A stretch of 64,000 nt of DNA from Lama glama (Eukaryota). Numbering within the stretch: the first letter of the stretch is position 1; each line of letters starts with the position of its first letter. The stretch is from NCBI GenBank assembly GCA_028534125.1, contig CM052832.1, forward strand, positions 7,070,001 to 7,134,000. The letters are read 5' to 3'. Positions 11,511 through 23,546 of this stretch are shown piece after piece. Position numbers and translations under genes: made by a program. Under the pieces are notes generated by a model. It saw only the letters and a program-made list of their open reading frames with translations. It did not search any database and was not told where the DNA came from.

Positions 11511-14199
11511 TTTATATATGTTGTTGAGGATGTTGCACTTAACTTGGAAGAGTTTTAGAAACGGACATCACGAATTCAATTAAAAAAAAAAAACTGACCA
11601 CCAATTACCAATCTGGGTGTGGAGAAGGAGAGAAGTTATGGTGCTTTTTAAAGACCTGGCTCTTTACATTCACAGCCTCAGCATCTTTGGAGTTTAAGGA
11701 ATCTTGGTTTGAGTTAACAGTTTTTTTAGAGCTAACTGGGGGTGGGGGCCCTGGGGGCGGTGGTGGATGGGGAGTCTCAGAATAAAACATATCCCAGCTG
11801 TCTAACCTTTATTGTGGGATGTTCTAAAATTCTCTTTATCTAATAGCAGAAGGTCTAAGGCGTTTAGAGGAGGAGGGGCAGGCTATGGGGCTGAGCAGAG
11901 GGGAGAAGCCAGGGGGCCATCTAAACCTCTTCAGAGGCAGGAAATGAAGGAGCAGGTGGAAGAGGGGGTGGCTTGGTCACAAATCCTCCATTTTCCTCTT
12001 CCCTTGTCTTGGGAAACAATTGTTCTGTGACTTACGTCAAAAAATAGACAAATCCATGGCTGCGCCAAGAAAAACTCCCCTGGATGGAGCACAACACTGA
12101 GTGTATTGAAAAGAAAACAGCCGTGTGTGGTCCTCCTCACATACGTTGGCAATTGCTGGGTGAGTTTCCATATCACAAGCTACTTCCAGTGCCATCCAGC
12201 CCTGAGTCTTTAACCCACTTCCCCAGACAGACAACCCCAAGGCACCCTGAGGCTCCCAGCCACCCCCAGCCCTGGGTTCCCCGAAGCTTAACTCCTACTG
12301 ACCACCAGGGAAGGCTAAAACTCAAAGGAGACCAGAAATTTTCTGCAAGCCTGGAAAGGTGTGGAGCAGATGCTGGGGACGAGGGAGGGGGTTTGCCAAA
12401 GGGATGGAAACGGATGCCTGGGAGTTTCTGCCATCAACACCTACTTGTAGATTCAAGTTTGAGCCGTCATTTGCAAATCCCTGTGTAAAATAACCCATCT
12501 CCCATGACCTCAATGGAACATGACTTGGCTGGCGGGACACAGCATCCCGAGGAGCAGCGCAGCTTGCCCAGATCCTCACAGAAAGCTTAAGAGACCCCAC
12601 AGTGGGCCCCACCGCTCTCAGGCAGGAGGACTGGATAGAGGGCGGGAATCCCACAGCCACACCAAAGGAGCCTTTTCAAACCCTGCTGTTGACCAAAGGA
12701 GAGAGGAAAGGTGGAGGGAGAGCTCGGGGATAGAGGATGACCCCCAAGGGAGCACCAGGGACCATGTCCCCTGTCTTCCCCTCCCCCATCTGCCACACTT
12801 AGCCACACCCAGAAAAGTCACGTGTTCCCTCAGGAGAGAGCAGCCCTGGCAGAGCCTAGGTGACCCCACGGCATCCCATCCCTGAGCCGCCCCCAGCCCA
12901 GGTCAGACCCCTAATGGATGTGCCTAGAGGCCTCGGGCGGTCCAGCCAAGAAACCAGAAAGGAAAAGAAAATGACTGGGAATTGCTTACCGGCAGCCCTA
13001 TGTCTGTGGATGACAACTGCGGGGTTGGGGGGATATGCAAACTCAAACCGTGCAGCTCCCAGAGCGAGATTCAGGGTGGCTGGCATTCTGCAAGCATGGC
13101 CACCGGTCACCGGCCACCGGACGGCAGCGGGGATTTGCTGCAGTTAGCCTTTGCCCTTCATCTCGTGTAAGTGCTGCTTGGACCACTTGGATCAGGGGGC
13201 CTCACAGAGGACCGCAGAGCAGCGGTACCCAGTGTGCTGTAAATTCAGCGGGAGCAGAGGATGCCCTGAGGCCCCTTGCCAACAGTCAGCACCTCTGGCT
13301 GTGACACACAGGACGTCTCCGCCCTCCTTTCTCCCTGCTTCTTTCTCTCTGCTGCCTTCTTCTTACACACTGAAGATACAAGTGAGTGTGTGTGTGTGTG
13401 TCTACATATATACATGTAGTATACAATAAAATATATAAAACATAGCATAATATAATATGCTACAGTATATCCCTGTGTGCCAGCATAGACTCAAGATCCT
13501 TGAGACTGACTTTCTGACAAGGGCCAGTTTCTCAGCCCAGCACTTGGAAAATCAGCTCAGAGCAGGCTCAGTTAGAGATCGCCGCCCTGCCACTGTTTGC
13601 AGGAGAAGAACCAGGCGATTCTCCCTTCAAGTGGCTCAAATATTCCTTGTGGGTGGATTCTTTTACTCAGTTCAAAAAACCAGAAGCTTCCATGGCCGTC
13701 ACATGGGCCTGTGGATTATCAACAGGCTTCTGAGGTTGAGCGAACCGTGGGTGGCCTCTGGCAGAGGCCAGCTCACACCTGAAGATGGGGAAGGGTCTCC
13801 CCTCAGGGCCACAAGCCCTTCTGCCTCCCTTTCCTGACCTCCCTTCTCACCTCACCTCTCCTGCCTGCATAATGTTTTAAGAATGAGCTGTTCCCCACCA
13901 CCGTCCCAGCTCTACCCCGTGTCTAGAGGGACGCCAGCAGCACCTGACCCTGCTGAGTTGTGAAGCCTCACTTTCCTGGTCTTTTAGATCCCTGGACATT
14001 TAGAGATAAAAATCCGGTCAAAGTGCTGCAGTATCTCTGAGTATTCACAACGTCCACTGGGACCACAAAACCTGAACTTGTGTATCACTCAAGCTATCAC
14101 CGCCACCCAGAGTCTCCCCCTTCTCCTCCTATCGCTACTTCGTCTCCTGCCATGTAGGTCTGCGCCCGATTCCCTCAAGAGGGCTCGTGGTCCTTCACC

Positions 14200-14535
14200 C
14201 ATCAGCCAACGTTTGTTGAACATGGACTGCATGCAGCACTGTTTGTTCTAGGTCCCAGGAATGAGGCGGCCCGCGCAACTGCCTAAGTCCATGCCCTCGT
14301 GGATCTTACAGTCAGATGGGGAGAAGGTAAATAAACACTTCTCAGCACGCCAGGGGACGATGCGTGCTAAAGGTGGAAATAGAACTGGTTATATGAGGAG
14401 GGAGCGTGGACTGGCTGAAGGGCTTGGGAAGCACTTCCGACAGCGAGGGGCTGGTCTGAAGAGCATCTCTGAAGGGGAGACACTTGGCAGAGAGTGAAGT
14501 GTGATCAGAGCACGTGCAGGGGGACATCTCCCACC
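14200..14535 (-). mobile_element. L2 LINE 3' fragment
   Basis: catcagccaacgtttgttgaacatggactgcatgcagcactg...ccatgccctcgtggatcttacagtcagatgggg. Confidence 0.6.
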
Positions 14536-14599
14536 TGTTAAAAGACCCCGAGTTCTCTATGGTGGTGGAAGGTGGTAACAAAAATTAAAATCCCTTTCA

Positions 14600-14800
14600 T
14601 TATTGTAGCGCCCGAGCATTGATCATGGGCTGTACATTCACCGTTTCATTTGCTTCTCACAACGCTGTGAGGTGTATTTTTGCACAGTAAAGGGCAGAAA
14701 TGAAGTCCCAGAGAGGGGAAGGGACTTCCCCAAGGCCATTCCGAGAAAACCCAGTGGCAGGGCGGGATGGAACCCAGTTCTCCTGATTCCCAGCCAGATG
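14600..14800 (-). mobile_element. MIR SINE
   Basis: ctcacaacgctgtgaggt...gaaatgaagtcccagagaggggaagggacttccccaaggcca...gaacccagttctcctgattcccag. Confidence 0.7.
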
Positions 14801-17091
14801 CTTCCCGGGGGAACAAATCATGTTGGGTGATCCTAATATCTGGCATATTTGGCTTAAGACTTCAACCAGAGGTACCTACCTCAGATACATACCACACCTG
14901 TGTGCAGCCCTGATTCCCTTCCAGCTGGACCAAAAACATAACCACGTGGTTACAAATGAGCAAAAGAGTCACAGACTCACCATAGGTATCCCACTCTTAG
15001 AGAAACAGGAGCTGAACATGCTCAATCAAAAACCTAACAAGAGGGAGTCAAGAGCAGAGTGTGCACACTATGTCTACTCTATTTGCTATAAACACTGCAA
15101 ATGTGTGTATGTGTGTCCTTGCTCACTTGTGCATGTTAATAAAGGGATGTCTCTAGACTTTTGACATGTGGGTCCAACTCTCCCTACAGGTAATGGAGTA
15201 TAAGCTAGCAATTTGCCAGTCCTGGGTGACTTTGGACAAATCTTTCCCTCTCTGGCCTCGGTTTCCTCTTTCATAACATGAACCATTTGAATTAGATGCT
15301 CTCTAAGTTTGTTTCTCCTCCTGACTTCTTAAATTCTATACAAACATGTATTTTCCAGTAATAAAGATAGATTTGGTCCTAAGTAAGCCCTTTGGTGCTA
15401 CGCCTCATCGTACCTGGCGAGAGACTTTCAGTTATACTTTGTCACCTTCTTGATTTATTTTCCCAACCAAGAGGCTCTTCCCAAGCTAAAAAGTTCCTGA
15501 GCTTTGCTGGGACGAGGTGCAGGAAATGTTCATTTTCTTCTAAATCAGTGTCAGTCGCTGACTGAAAAATTGAGACAGGCTTACACTTTAGGAGATGGAT
15601 ATGGGGGATAAAAGAGAAAAGAGGAAAAAGGCAGAAAATAAGAAAAGGAGAAGAAAGAGTAAGGGAAGGTGAGGAAAGGAAGGGAAAGAAGTGGTGGGTG
15701 GTGGGTGATGGAGTGGTGGGGGCAGGGACAGGAAATGTCCTGGAAAGTATTTCCAGAGCTTTGTGATCTGTTCCTTGGTAAGGCATACGGGCTTCATTAA
15801 TAAGAATGTGTGTGTGTATGTGTGTGTGTCCTGAAATGTGTATTAATCATGCTGGTGACGAGCAGAAGAAATCAATGATTCCTGAAACTTCCTCTGAAAT
15901 CAACTCGAGAGACCACGTACGTGATGTTTCCTCAAACTGGCACCAACGTATCCATCCTTCATGGGCTGGTGTCCAGGACTCTTTCCTCTTAGGCTTATCC
16001 TTCACTCCGAGATGGACCTCCTTCTCCAACCCCATCACTGGTTTCTCTTTCTCTCCTGGGCGCGGAAGATTTGTGGCATCTCTCCCCAGCCAGCTTCAGC
16101 CAGGGGAGCTTTTACTCCTCAACGTCCACATGTTGTCTACAACCTTTGAACCTTTCACTCCACTTTCTTCTTTCTGGTTCTTTTTTTCCTTGAGGTCTTT
16201 TACCTTCACCTTCACCTAGAGCATCACATATCTTATGGAAATAATCTTCAGTCTGAGTGTGTGTACATCTATGAGGTCCAAAGACTTTCTGGGGTAGGGT
16301 GAGGAACACAGGCAAGGATAATGTAAGAAAATCATCTCCTAGAGCCTCAACTCCCATAAATGTTCTTTAAATCAGCCCCTCCAGTTGGCCACATCTGCTT
16401 TTTTCTTCCCATTTCACGCTCATCATTGTCCTATTTGACAAAATATGATATATTTCTTGCCCATCCAGGTCTTGCTCTGGGGTATGACTTTGGAAGTAAA
16501 AACCTCTGAGGCACCAAACAAGGGACAATTCAATAATGCACTGTTCCAAAAGGAACTCTTTGACAACAGAGTAATGTGGACTTTAGCAAGAATTATTAAA
16601 AGGACAAAATCTTGTTTCTTCCAGGAAACCAATTAATGGCAGGGCTCTGTGAATTTAGCTGTGGGACTATCCACCTATCTATGAATTAGGAATTAATCGT
16701 GGCCATGGGAACATATCAACAAGTGTATTTGAATCGAAATTCTAAGTTAGATTTTTTTTTTCTGACAAGAAACAAGGCTGATCTGACTGATTTATTTGAA
16801 CAAGTGAACCCCCTTGGCCAAGGGGGCTTTATGTGAGGGGAAGTTTTCATAAACTGAATGAATTCTAAGGTTATGACAAAAAAAATATTAAAAGCACATA
16901 CGCAATGTGCCAGAAATAGTAACATTTGCATCAATTAAACCCGTGATTTAAAAAATTTAGATGTTGTGATAGATTGTTTTTTTTTTTTATTTCCAGTGAT
17001 TTGTTGCCCTCTGAAATAAGACCTTGTTATTATAAACCATGAAGATGTGGGCATGTTTGTTATAGCAGCATAACCTAATAAAAGCTGACTA

Positions 17092-17267
17092 ATTATAATA
17101 TCAACTCAAAAACATCTGAAAGGAAGGGTAAATATGTTTTCAAATTTTATTTAAGGAGTGTGAGAACAAAAGGACTGCCATTATAATATCAACTCAAAAA
17201 CATCTGAAAGGAAGGGTAGATATGTTTTCAAATTTTATTTAAGGAGTGTGAGAACAAAAGGACTGCC
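17092..17267. repeat. 88-bp tandem duplication (2 copies, 1 mismatch)
   Basis: Units at 17092-17179 and 17180-17267 are identical except A at 17131 versus G at 17219. Confidence 0.95.
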
Positions 17268-17679
17268 AATCTCCATTTTAGATCAGTGATCCCTTTCCAT
17301 GAAATAAATCACCTGTTACATATCCTCCAGGTTTATGATAGATGTGAGCACTGGAGATAGAGAAATGAAGAATTGTACTCCCCAGTCTCAAAGAAATTGG
17401 GGTCTAATCCCACAGAGATACAAGATACCCATTGCCTGATGAGTATGTGGGGCCAGAAAACAGAAGGATCACAGAGAAGGGAATGATTCCATTTTTCTAA
17501 GATAGAAGACACAGGGGCAGGATTACTAGAGGATATGGAGTAGGGGAGGATGTCTCAGTCAGATATGAATGCATAGACAAATTCCTAGAGATGTAAAAGG
17601 ATGTTGTATGTTTCTCTGAAGTAGAAGCATCTGGTATTGCTGGAGTCCACTCAGAAGCAGTGAAGGGAAATACAGCCCA

Positions 17680-18206
17680 AGGCAGACAGACCCCAGATCC
17701 CCATCACCTGCTGTTCACACCCTCATATAATCCTCTCCCTTTGGGAATGGAAAGGTCCTATGACTTACCCCTTACCAATAAAATATGGCAAAGTGATGGG
17801 ACTGATTCTAGTCTACTGCATAAGACTCCTAGAAGACTTGCCCTGGAGTTTCTTCTTCCCTTGCTGGCTGTGAGAAAGCAAGTTGCCTTGAAGTAAGTGG
17901 AAGCCCATGTGGCGAGAAAATGTAGACGACTCCTAACAGCCAAGGGAGGCCTCACTCCTGAAACCACAAGAACATAAAACCTGCTAACAGTCAGAGTGAA
18001 CTTAGGAGTGAACTCTCCCCCAGTTGAGCCTCTGTTGAGACCACAGCCATAGCAGATAGCTGGACAGCAGCTTGGTTGAGGCTCTCACACAGAGAAACAA
18101 GCGAAGTCATGACGCCCAACACACAGAGACTATGAGATAATAAATGAGTTGTTTCAAATTGCTAAGTTCATAGACACTTGTTACACATCAATAGAAAACT
18201 AAAACA
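17680..18206 (+). mobile_element. MaLR LTR (MLT1E/F-like)
   Basis: gatccccatcacctgctgttcacaccctcatataatcctctccctttg...gagataataaatgagttgtttc...caatagaaaactaaaaca. Confidence 0.8.
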
Positions 18207-20680
18207 CAGCAAAAGGTGTGGGAAAGGGTCATTCTAAGGAGTGCAGATTTTATTATGTGCTTAATGAGCAGCCAGCATAATGGGCTCAAAAAAATAGAAA
18301 TGACACAGAATTGTTTTAGGTTGACCATTCTGACAATTGGGATGGAGAAGGGCTTCAAGGGGCAAAGTTAGAAGCCTCTCACCTTCCATGAAACAGGCAC
18401 ACAAATGAGCATGTGACCTCAGACCAAGAAATATCAAGAAACATGTATTTACTGAACATCTACAGGATGCTGTGTCAGTGAAGAGAAATACAGGAAGAGT
18501 CACAAAGCGTGGTCCCCAGCCTTACAAAGTCTTATGTCAAGTCAGGGAACGTGATGGATGTGCAGACAGAGTCTTGTTTGTTTCGTTTCACTCTGTCTTA
18601 TTAACTAACAATAACCAGTAAGTGGATGGTACTCAAGAGGACAGAGGGATCAAAGTCTCTTCCCACTTTGGGAGGAGTGGTCAGCGATGGTTCTTGTGAG
18701 GGGTGATTCCGAGACTCGTCTTGAAGGATAAGTAGGATTTGGATGAGCAAGGGTAGTGTTCAATGACCTCCAGACAAGGTCTGGGGAGAGAAAATACAAG
18801 TTATTTTGGAGGAAAAGCCTAGTGCTGGGACTTTTGGAAAGTAATTTAGAGGGAAAGATTGAAGTGAGAAATTGGGATAACTTTTTGCCCTTTCCCTTTC
18901 TTATTCACCTATAATGCAGACTACATTTTGTAATTTGTTGAAGGGTCACCCAGGAAGGCTTCATGGAGGAGGTGAGACATGAGCTGGTTCTGCAAGGAGG
19001 GCAGGGCTTAGATGAGCACCTAGGAGCAGAGAGAACCTTCCTGGGAGGAGCAGGGGTGGCCAGTGCCAAGTGTGGCAGTGGAGCAGAGGTTCAAGGGACA
19101 TAGAGAAGACCCGCCTGTAAGACAAAAGGGTTGGAGAATATAAAGAAATACAGGAAGAGGAGGATGAGAAAGTTAGTTGGGGGTCAAACTTTTACCCCAT
19201 AAGCTTTAAGATTAATCAATATCCTTTTGAGCCCATGCATTCTTAGCCCAACCAGGACCCTGTTACTCCCTATTCATCACTCTGTAATAGTTTTCTGTTG
19301 TCTTTGGGGTGAAGTCAACACTCCACCCAATATCTACAAGGCACGGTCCGGCCTCTGCACCTCTCTGGCCTTAACGCATATCCCTAAGTTGCCTAGCACC
19401 CCGGCTTCTTTCCTCGGGGCACCCAGCTGCTTCTGCCCCTGGGTCCTTTGCGCAGCCAGGGTGGGCGGCTGGAGGAGGGTGAGGGCACGTTCTAGGCGGG
19501 GTTCTCCGGAACTCTCCACTCCTCAATTTGAGGTCTTTCTTTGTCACAAGTGCTCACGGCATCTGCTTGCTTTGAAGCACTTACCACCCGTGTCATCACA
19601 ACCCTGGGTGGGGAGTCACTGCGTGTCTGTGGGTCTAGCTGGACTGTGGGCACCTAGTCTGTGTTGCCCACCACCTCGTTTCTAGGCTGCGTTCTGCCTG
19701 ACACAGAGCTGGTGTGCAATATTGGCCCAATGACTGGGCAGACCCCTGGGTCCACCCTCGCCTGGAGTGTAACCCATCATAAAGAAAAGAGGTGACTCTA
19801 TGACGCACGCTCACCCACCTGGGACAGGGATGCCACGGGACACAAGTGCACGCCACTAACTGGCCGCGAGGGAGAGAGTTTTACAGCCACCCCTCAGAAC
19901 TCAGAAATGAAAGAGGAGAAAGGAATAATGTCTGGTGTGGCATCCCCACACTCCCTTATCTCCATAATGATTTTATTGGCTAGTGCTCATGACACACTTA
20001 CAGTTTTTTTTTAAATCACCCATTCATAGATAAGAAACCAAGAGATTTTGATATGCCTGGGGTCACATGGCAAACTGACAGTGCAATGAAAGGTTCAAAC
20101 TCAAAACCATGAGATAGTCCACACTTTCATTGAGCAGGCATTGTTCAGATGGGGGTTCTTTGGTTTCATCTGGTGATTTCATTCCAATTGTATGTAGACT
20201 GAGAGAAACCCCAGTCTGGCAGAGGATTTAATATTCAGAAGGTAAGAGGATTTAGGGTTTGCTGGGGCTGATGCCAAATTCCATGCCGAGGACAATGAGT
20301 TAAGAGGAAATGAATGCTCAAGAACAGTAACCGCTTTGAGAGAAGTTAAGGGGCACAGGAGAGAGTTGATAAGACTCCGGCTGGGATGCTGGGAGCCCCA
20401 GGAGGTCCCTGTGCAGGGATTGGGTCAATGTTTGCTGCCTTTAGAAACTCAGAGGGGTGGTTTAAACCTGGTACACTGGGTCTGAGTCATTTTGTGAGTT
20501 TAAGGAAGAGACAGTTACAAGGCCTACAATAGGATCCTGGGACTGGAGGGAGGGAGCCGTTACATCCAGGGGCCTGATGGGGGCTGTGGCTGCAGCCCAG
20601 GGCTCAGCCAGCCTGGATGCTGGTGTACCCTGGTGCCTTCATGGGCTGGAGCCAAAGGGGTGCTGGAGGGCCAGGGAGCC

Positions 20681-21140
20681 TGTGTCAGTCAGGGCTCGCC
20701 AGAGAAACAGAGCCAGTGGGATAGACTCGGACACACACGAGATGGCTGATAGGAACTGGCTCTCGTGGTTATGAAGTCTGAGAAGTTCCACACGTGCCAT
20801 CTGCAAGTTGTGAAGCCAGGCAAGTCGGTAGTATCAGGCCTGAGAACCGGGGGCTGCTAGGGTAAATCCCAGAGTCCAAAGGCCCGAGAACCAGGCTCTC
20901 TGATACCTGAAGGCAGGAAGAGATGGATGTACCAGCTCAAGAAGAGGGAAAGAGAATTCACACTTCCTTGGCCTTTCTGTTATACTTGGGCTCCCAGTGG
21001 ATTGGCTGATGCCCATACATTACCCAGTCTTGCAAATCCAAAGCTAAGCTCTTCTAGGAAACACCCCCGGAAGTGATATTCTATCAATGTCTGCATACCC
21101 CTTAACCCAATCAAGTCAACACATAAACTTAACCATCACA
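20681..21140 (-). mobile_element. ERVL solo LTR (MLT2-like) with a 5-bp target-site duplication
   Basis: The minus strand starts tgtgatggttaagtttatgtgttgacttg and ends ...ctgactgacaca. GAGCC flanks both sides (20676-20680 and 21141-21145). Confidence 0.9.
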
Positions 21141-23430
21141 GAGCCCATTGACACAGTTCCCCCAGGGGACAGAGTTGGGTGAGGAAGGGTACGGAGCCCA
21201 TCTGGAGGGGCCAACAGAGACACTCAGCTCGAAACTGAGCAGCAGGGTTGGTGAGACCTTGTTCTGGACACTGAGGACTCAACAGTGAGAAGGCAGACAA
21301 GGTTCACTCTACGCGTGTCACTCAACCGTGAAAAGGCAAGACAGCTCACAGGACGCTGACAGTCCAATGCTGGAAAAAGAAGTACTGAACTAATGAAGAG
21401 GTTCAAATAAGATGATCTCGCATATTTCGGAAAACCCAAAGCTGGTGGTATTTTACCAATACTGTTTGCATCACTTTTTCCTAAACTAAAAGATGACCCA
21501 TCACCAGCAAGTAATACAAATGCCAAGAGAGAGCCTTCCGCCTAACTGGCTATCCGTTCTTGAAAAAGAAGCGAGGCACGGTTTTCCTGTCTTGTCTTTT
21601 GATCACATGCTGGCTTCCCAAGTCGTTCTTTCTGTGACAGTTTGAGAAAACAGATCTTTGGTTTTGGAAGGGGTGCCTTGTTTAATCCTGGTTTCTGCAA
21701 TCTTGGTGAAGTCAGGGAGGAAGATATGTCCAGTGGGCAACACAGGAATGTTTTATTTGCGTAAGAAAAAGAAAATAGTTGTAGTTTTGTTTTTTTTTTT
21801 CTGAGTTGCAGGAATAGAGTCTTGACCAGACATTGGTGTTTCACATCCGTCTGTCTCCAGAAACCTTTTCTTTCCAATCTGTCCTGGATTCTCTCCAAAG
21901 AGAACTATGACATTTCTCTTCACCAATACTGTTTTAAAGCTTAATACCCTTCAGGATCTTTCTTAAAGATTGTAAAAGGAGACAGGCTTTGGCCAAGGGG
22001 TTTGAAGGTTTGCTTGGGGTGGGGTGGGGGGGATCTGAGGCAGAGGGTGGCAAGTGGGAAAGGGGAGAGTTTCTTTTTATATTCCAGAGTGTTTTTTGTT
22101 TTTTTAACCAAGATACCAAGTCCCGATCCCCCAAATCGACAAGCCAGGCCTGAAATTACTAAAGTGGAGAAGGGCTGGCCGAACTTCCCAAAAAAACTTG
22201 CAAGCGAATGCACAACAGGATGGGTTTGCAATATCAAATGAAGTCTTCGGCCGTCACAAATCTTACAACACATTCCAGAACAATGAAACAAGAGAGCGAG
22301 AGAGAGAAAGAAAGAACCCTCCCCCCCAAACCAGCTGAGCCAGTATTTAAAGCCTTTTTAATTTAACAGAACCCATTTTTTATGGTATCCAGGATGTGTT
22401 TCTGGCTTTTCAAGCAGTCACATGATCTCTCGTCCAGATGTGCGGGCGTATATCTGGGGCAGGACGGGCCACGGGCTGCCGGCCTGCGACGTGCTCCTGT
22501 AACTCAGCCTCGTCCTCTCGGCTAGGGAAGCCCCGCTTTAATCTGTGATACAACAGCAGTGACATTGGAGGGGATAACGTTAACCAAAACATTCAGAGGA
22601 ATCGGGAAAGGCCCAGGGGCAGCAGGTGGGGCCGGAGGGGCTGGAGCACCAGCTCCCAGAGGTGTATCTGCCAGACTCCATACAGCACTGAAACGAAACC
22701 TCCAAGTGTGTGGCGGTCGGAAAACTTCCCTTTTCTCACCTCCCGCGAACAGCTTTTACCCGAGGACAAGGCTTCCTGGAGCCTTCTTCAGGAAATTAGC
22801 GAATGCCTCTGTTTGGAGCGGCGGGTCGCAGGAACCCACAGCAGGGCCGGCACGGCCTCACGAAGCACCCAGAACAGGGCTTCTCCTTTAAAGAAATTTC
22901 TGGAAGCCCAGGCCTTCAGCACAGAGTGGGTGGGAAGGGGCAGTGGGGGGCAGCCGCCAGCCTGGTGCATATCTGCCAGTGACCTTTGGGGGACTAACAC
23001 TTCCAGCTGCTCGGTTAGAGTCTGGCAGTCAGTTACATTGGTTCAGCCTTGGTTTCTTCATGTGTGATGTGGGGTTGTTAACAGAACCTGCCTGGAAGGG
23101 TGTATTCAGGATTCAGTGGCATCACTGTGAAAACACTCAGCACAGGACTCATCACATATCGGGGTTTTGATTCATTCTCGAATCCAAAAATATTGACATT
23201 GCCATCTTTATCAGAGGCTTGCGGACATCTCTGAATAAAACGAAGATCCTGGCCACAAGGACCTGACTTATAGGGGGCGAGGTGAACGTCACCAATCAGC
23301 AAACAAATTTCTGTGTGCAAAGGAGGTGGCACATGCCACGGCAAAGGAAAAAGAAAACCTGGTGAGGGGGATTGGGTGATAAGGGCAGGCCCCATGGATT
23401 TAAAATTCATTAAATAAAAGAATTGGGGTC

Positions 23431-23546
23431 GGGGGAGGATAGCTTAGTGGTAGAGCACGTGCTTAGCATGCATGAGGCCCTGGGTGTGATCCGCAGTATC
23501 TCCGTTAAATAAATAAATAAACCTAATTACCTCCCCCCCGCAAAAA
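23431..23546 (+). mobile_element. tRNA-Ala-derived SINE (camelid Vic-1-like)
   Basis: tRNA-Ala(AGC)-like head gatagcttagtggtagagcacgtgcttagcatgcatgagg..., then (AAAT)n, cctaattacctccccc and an A-rich end. Confidence 0.9.
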
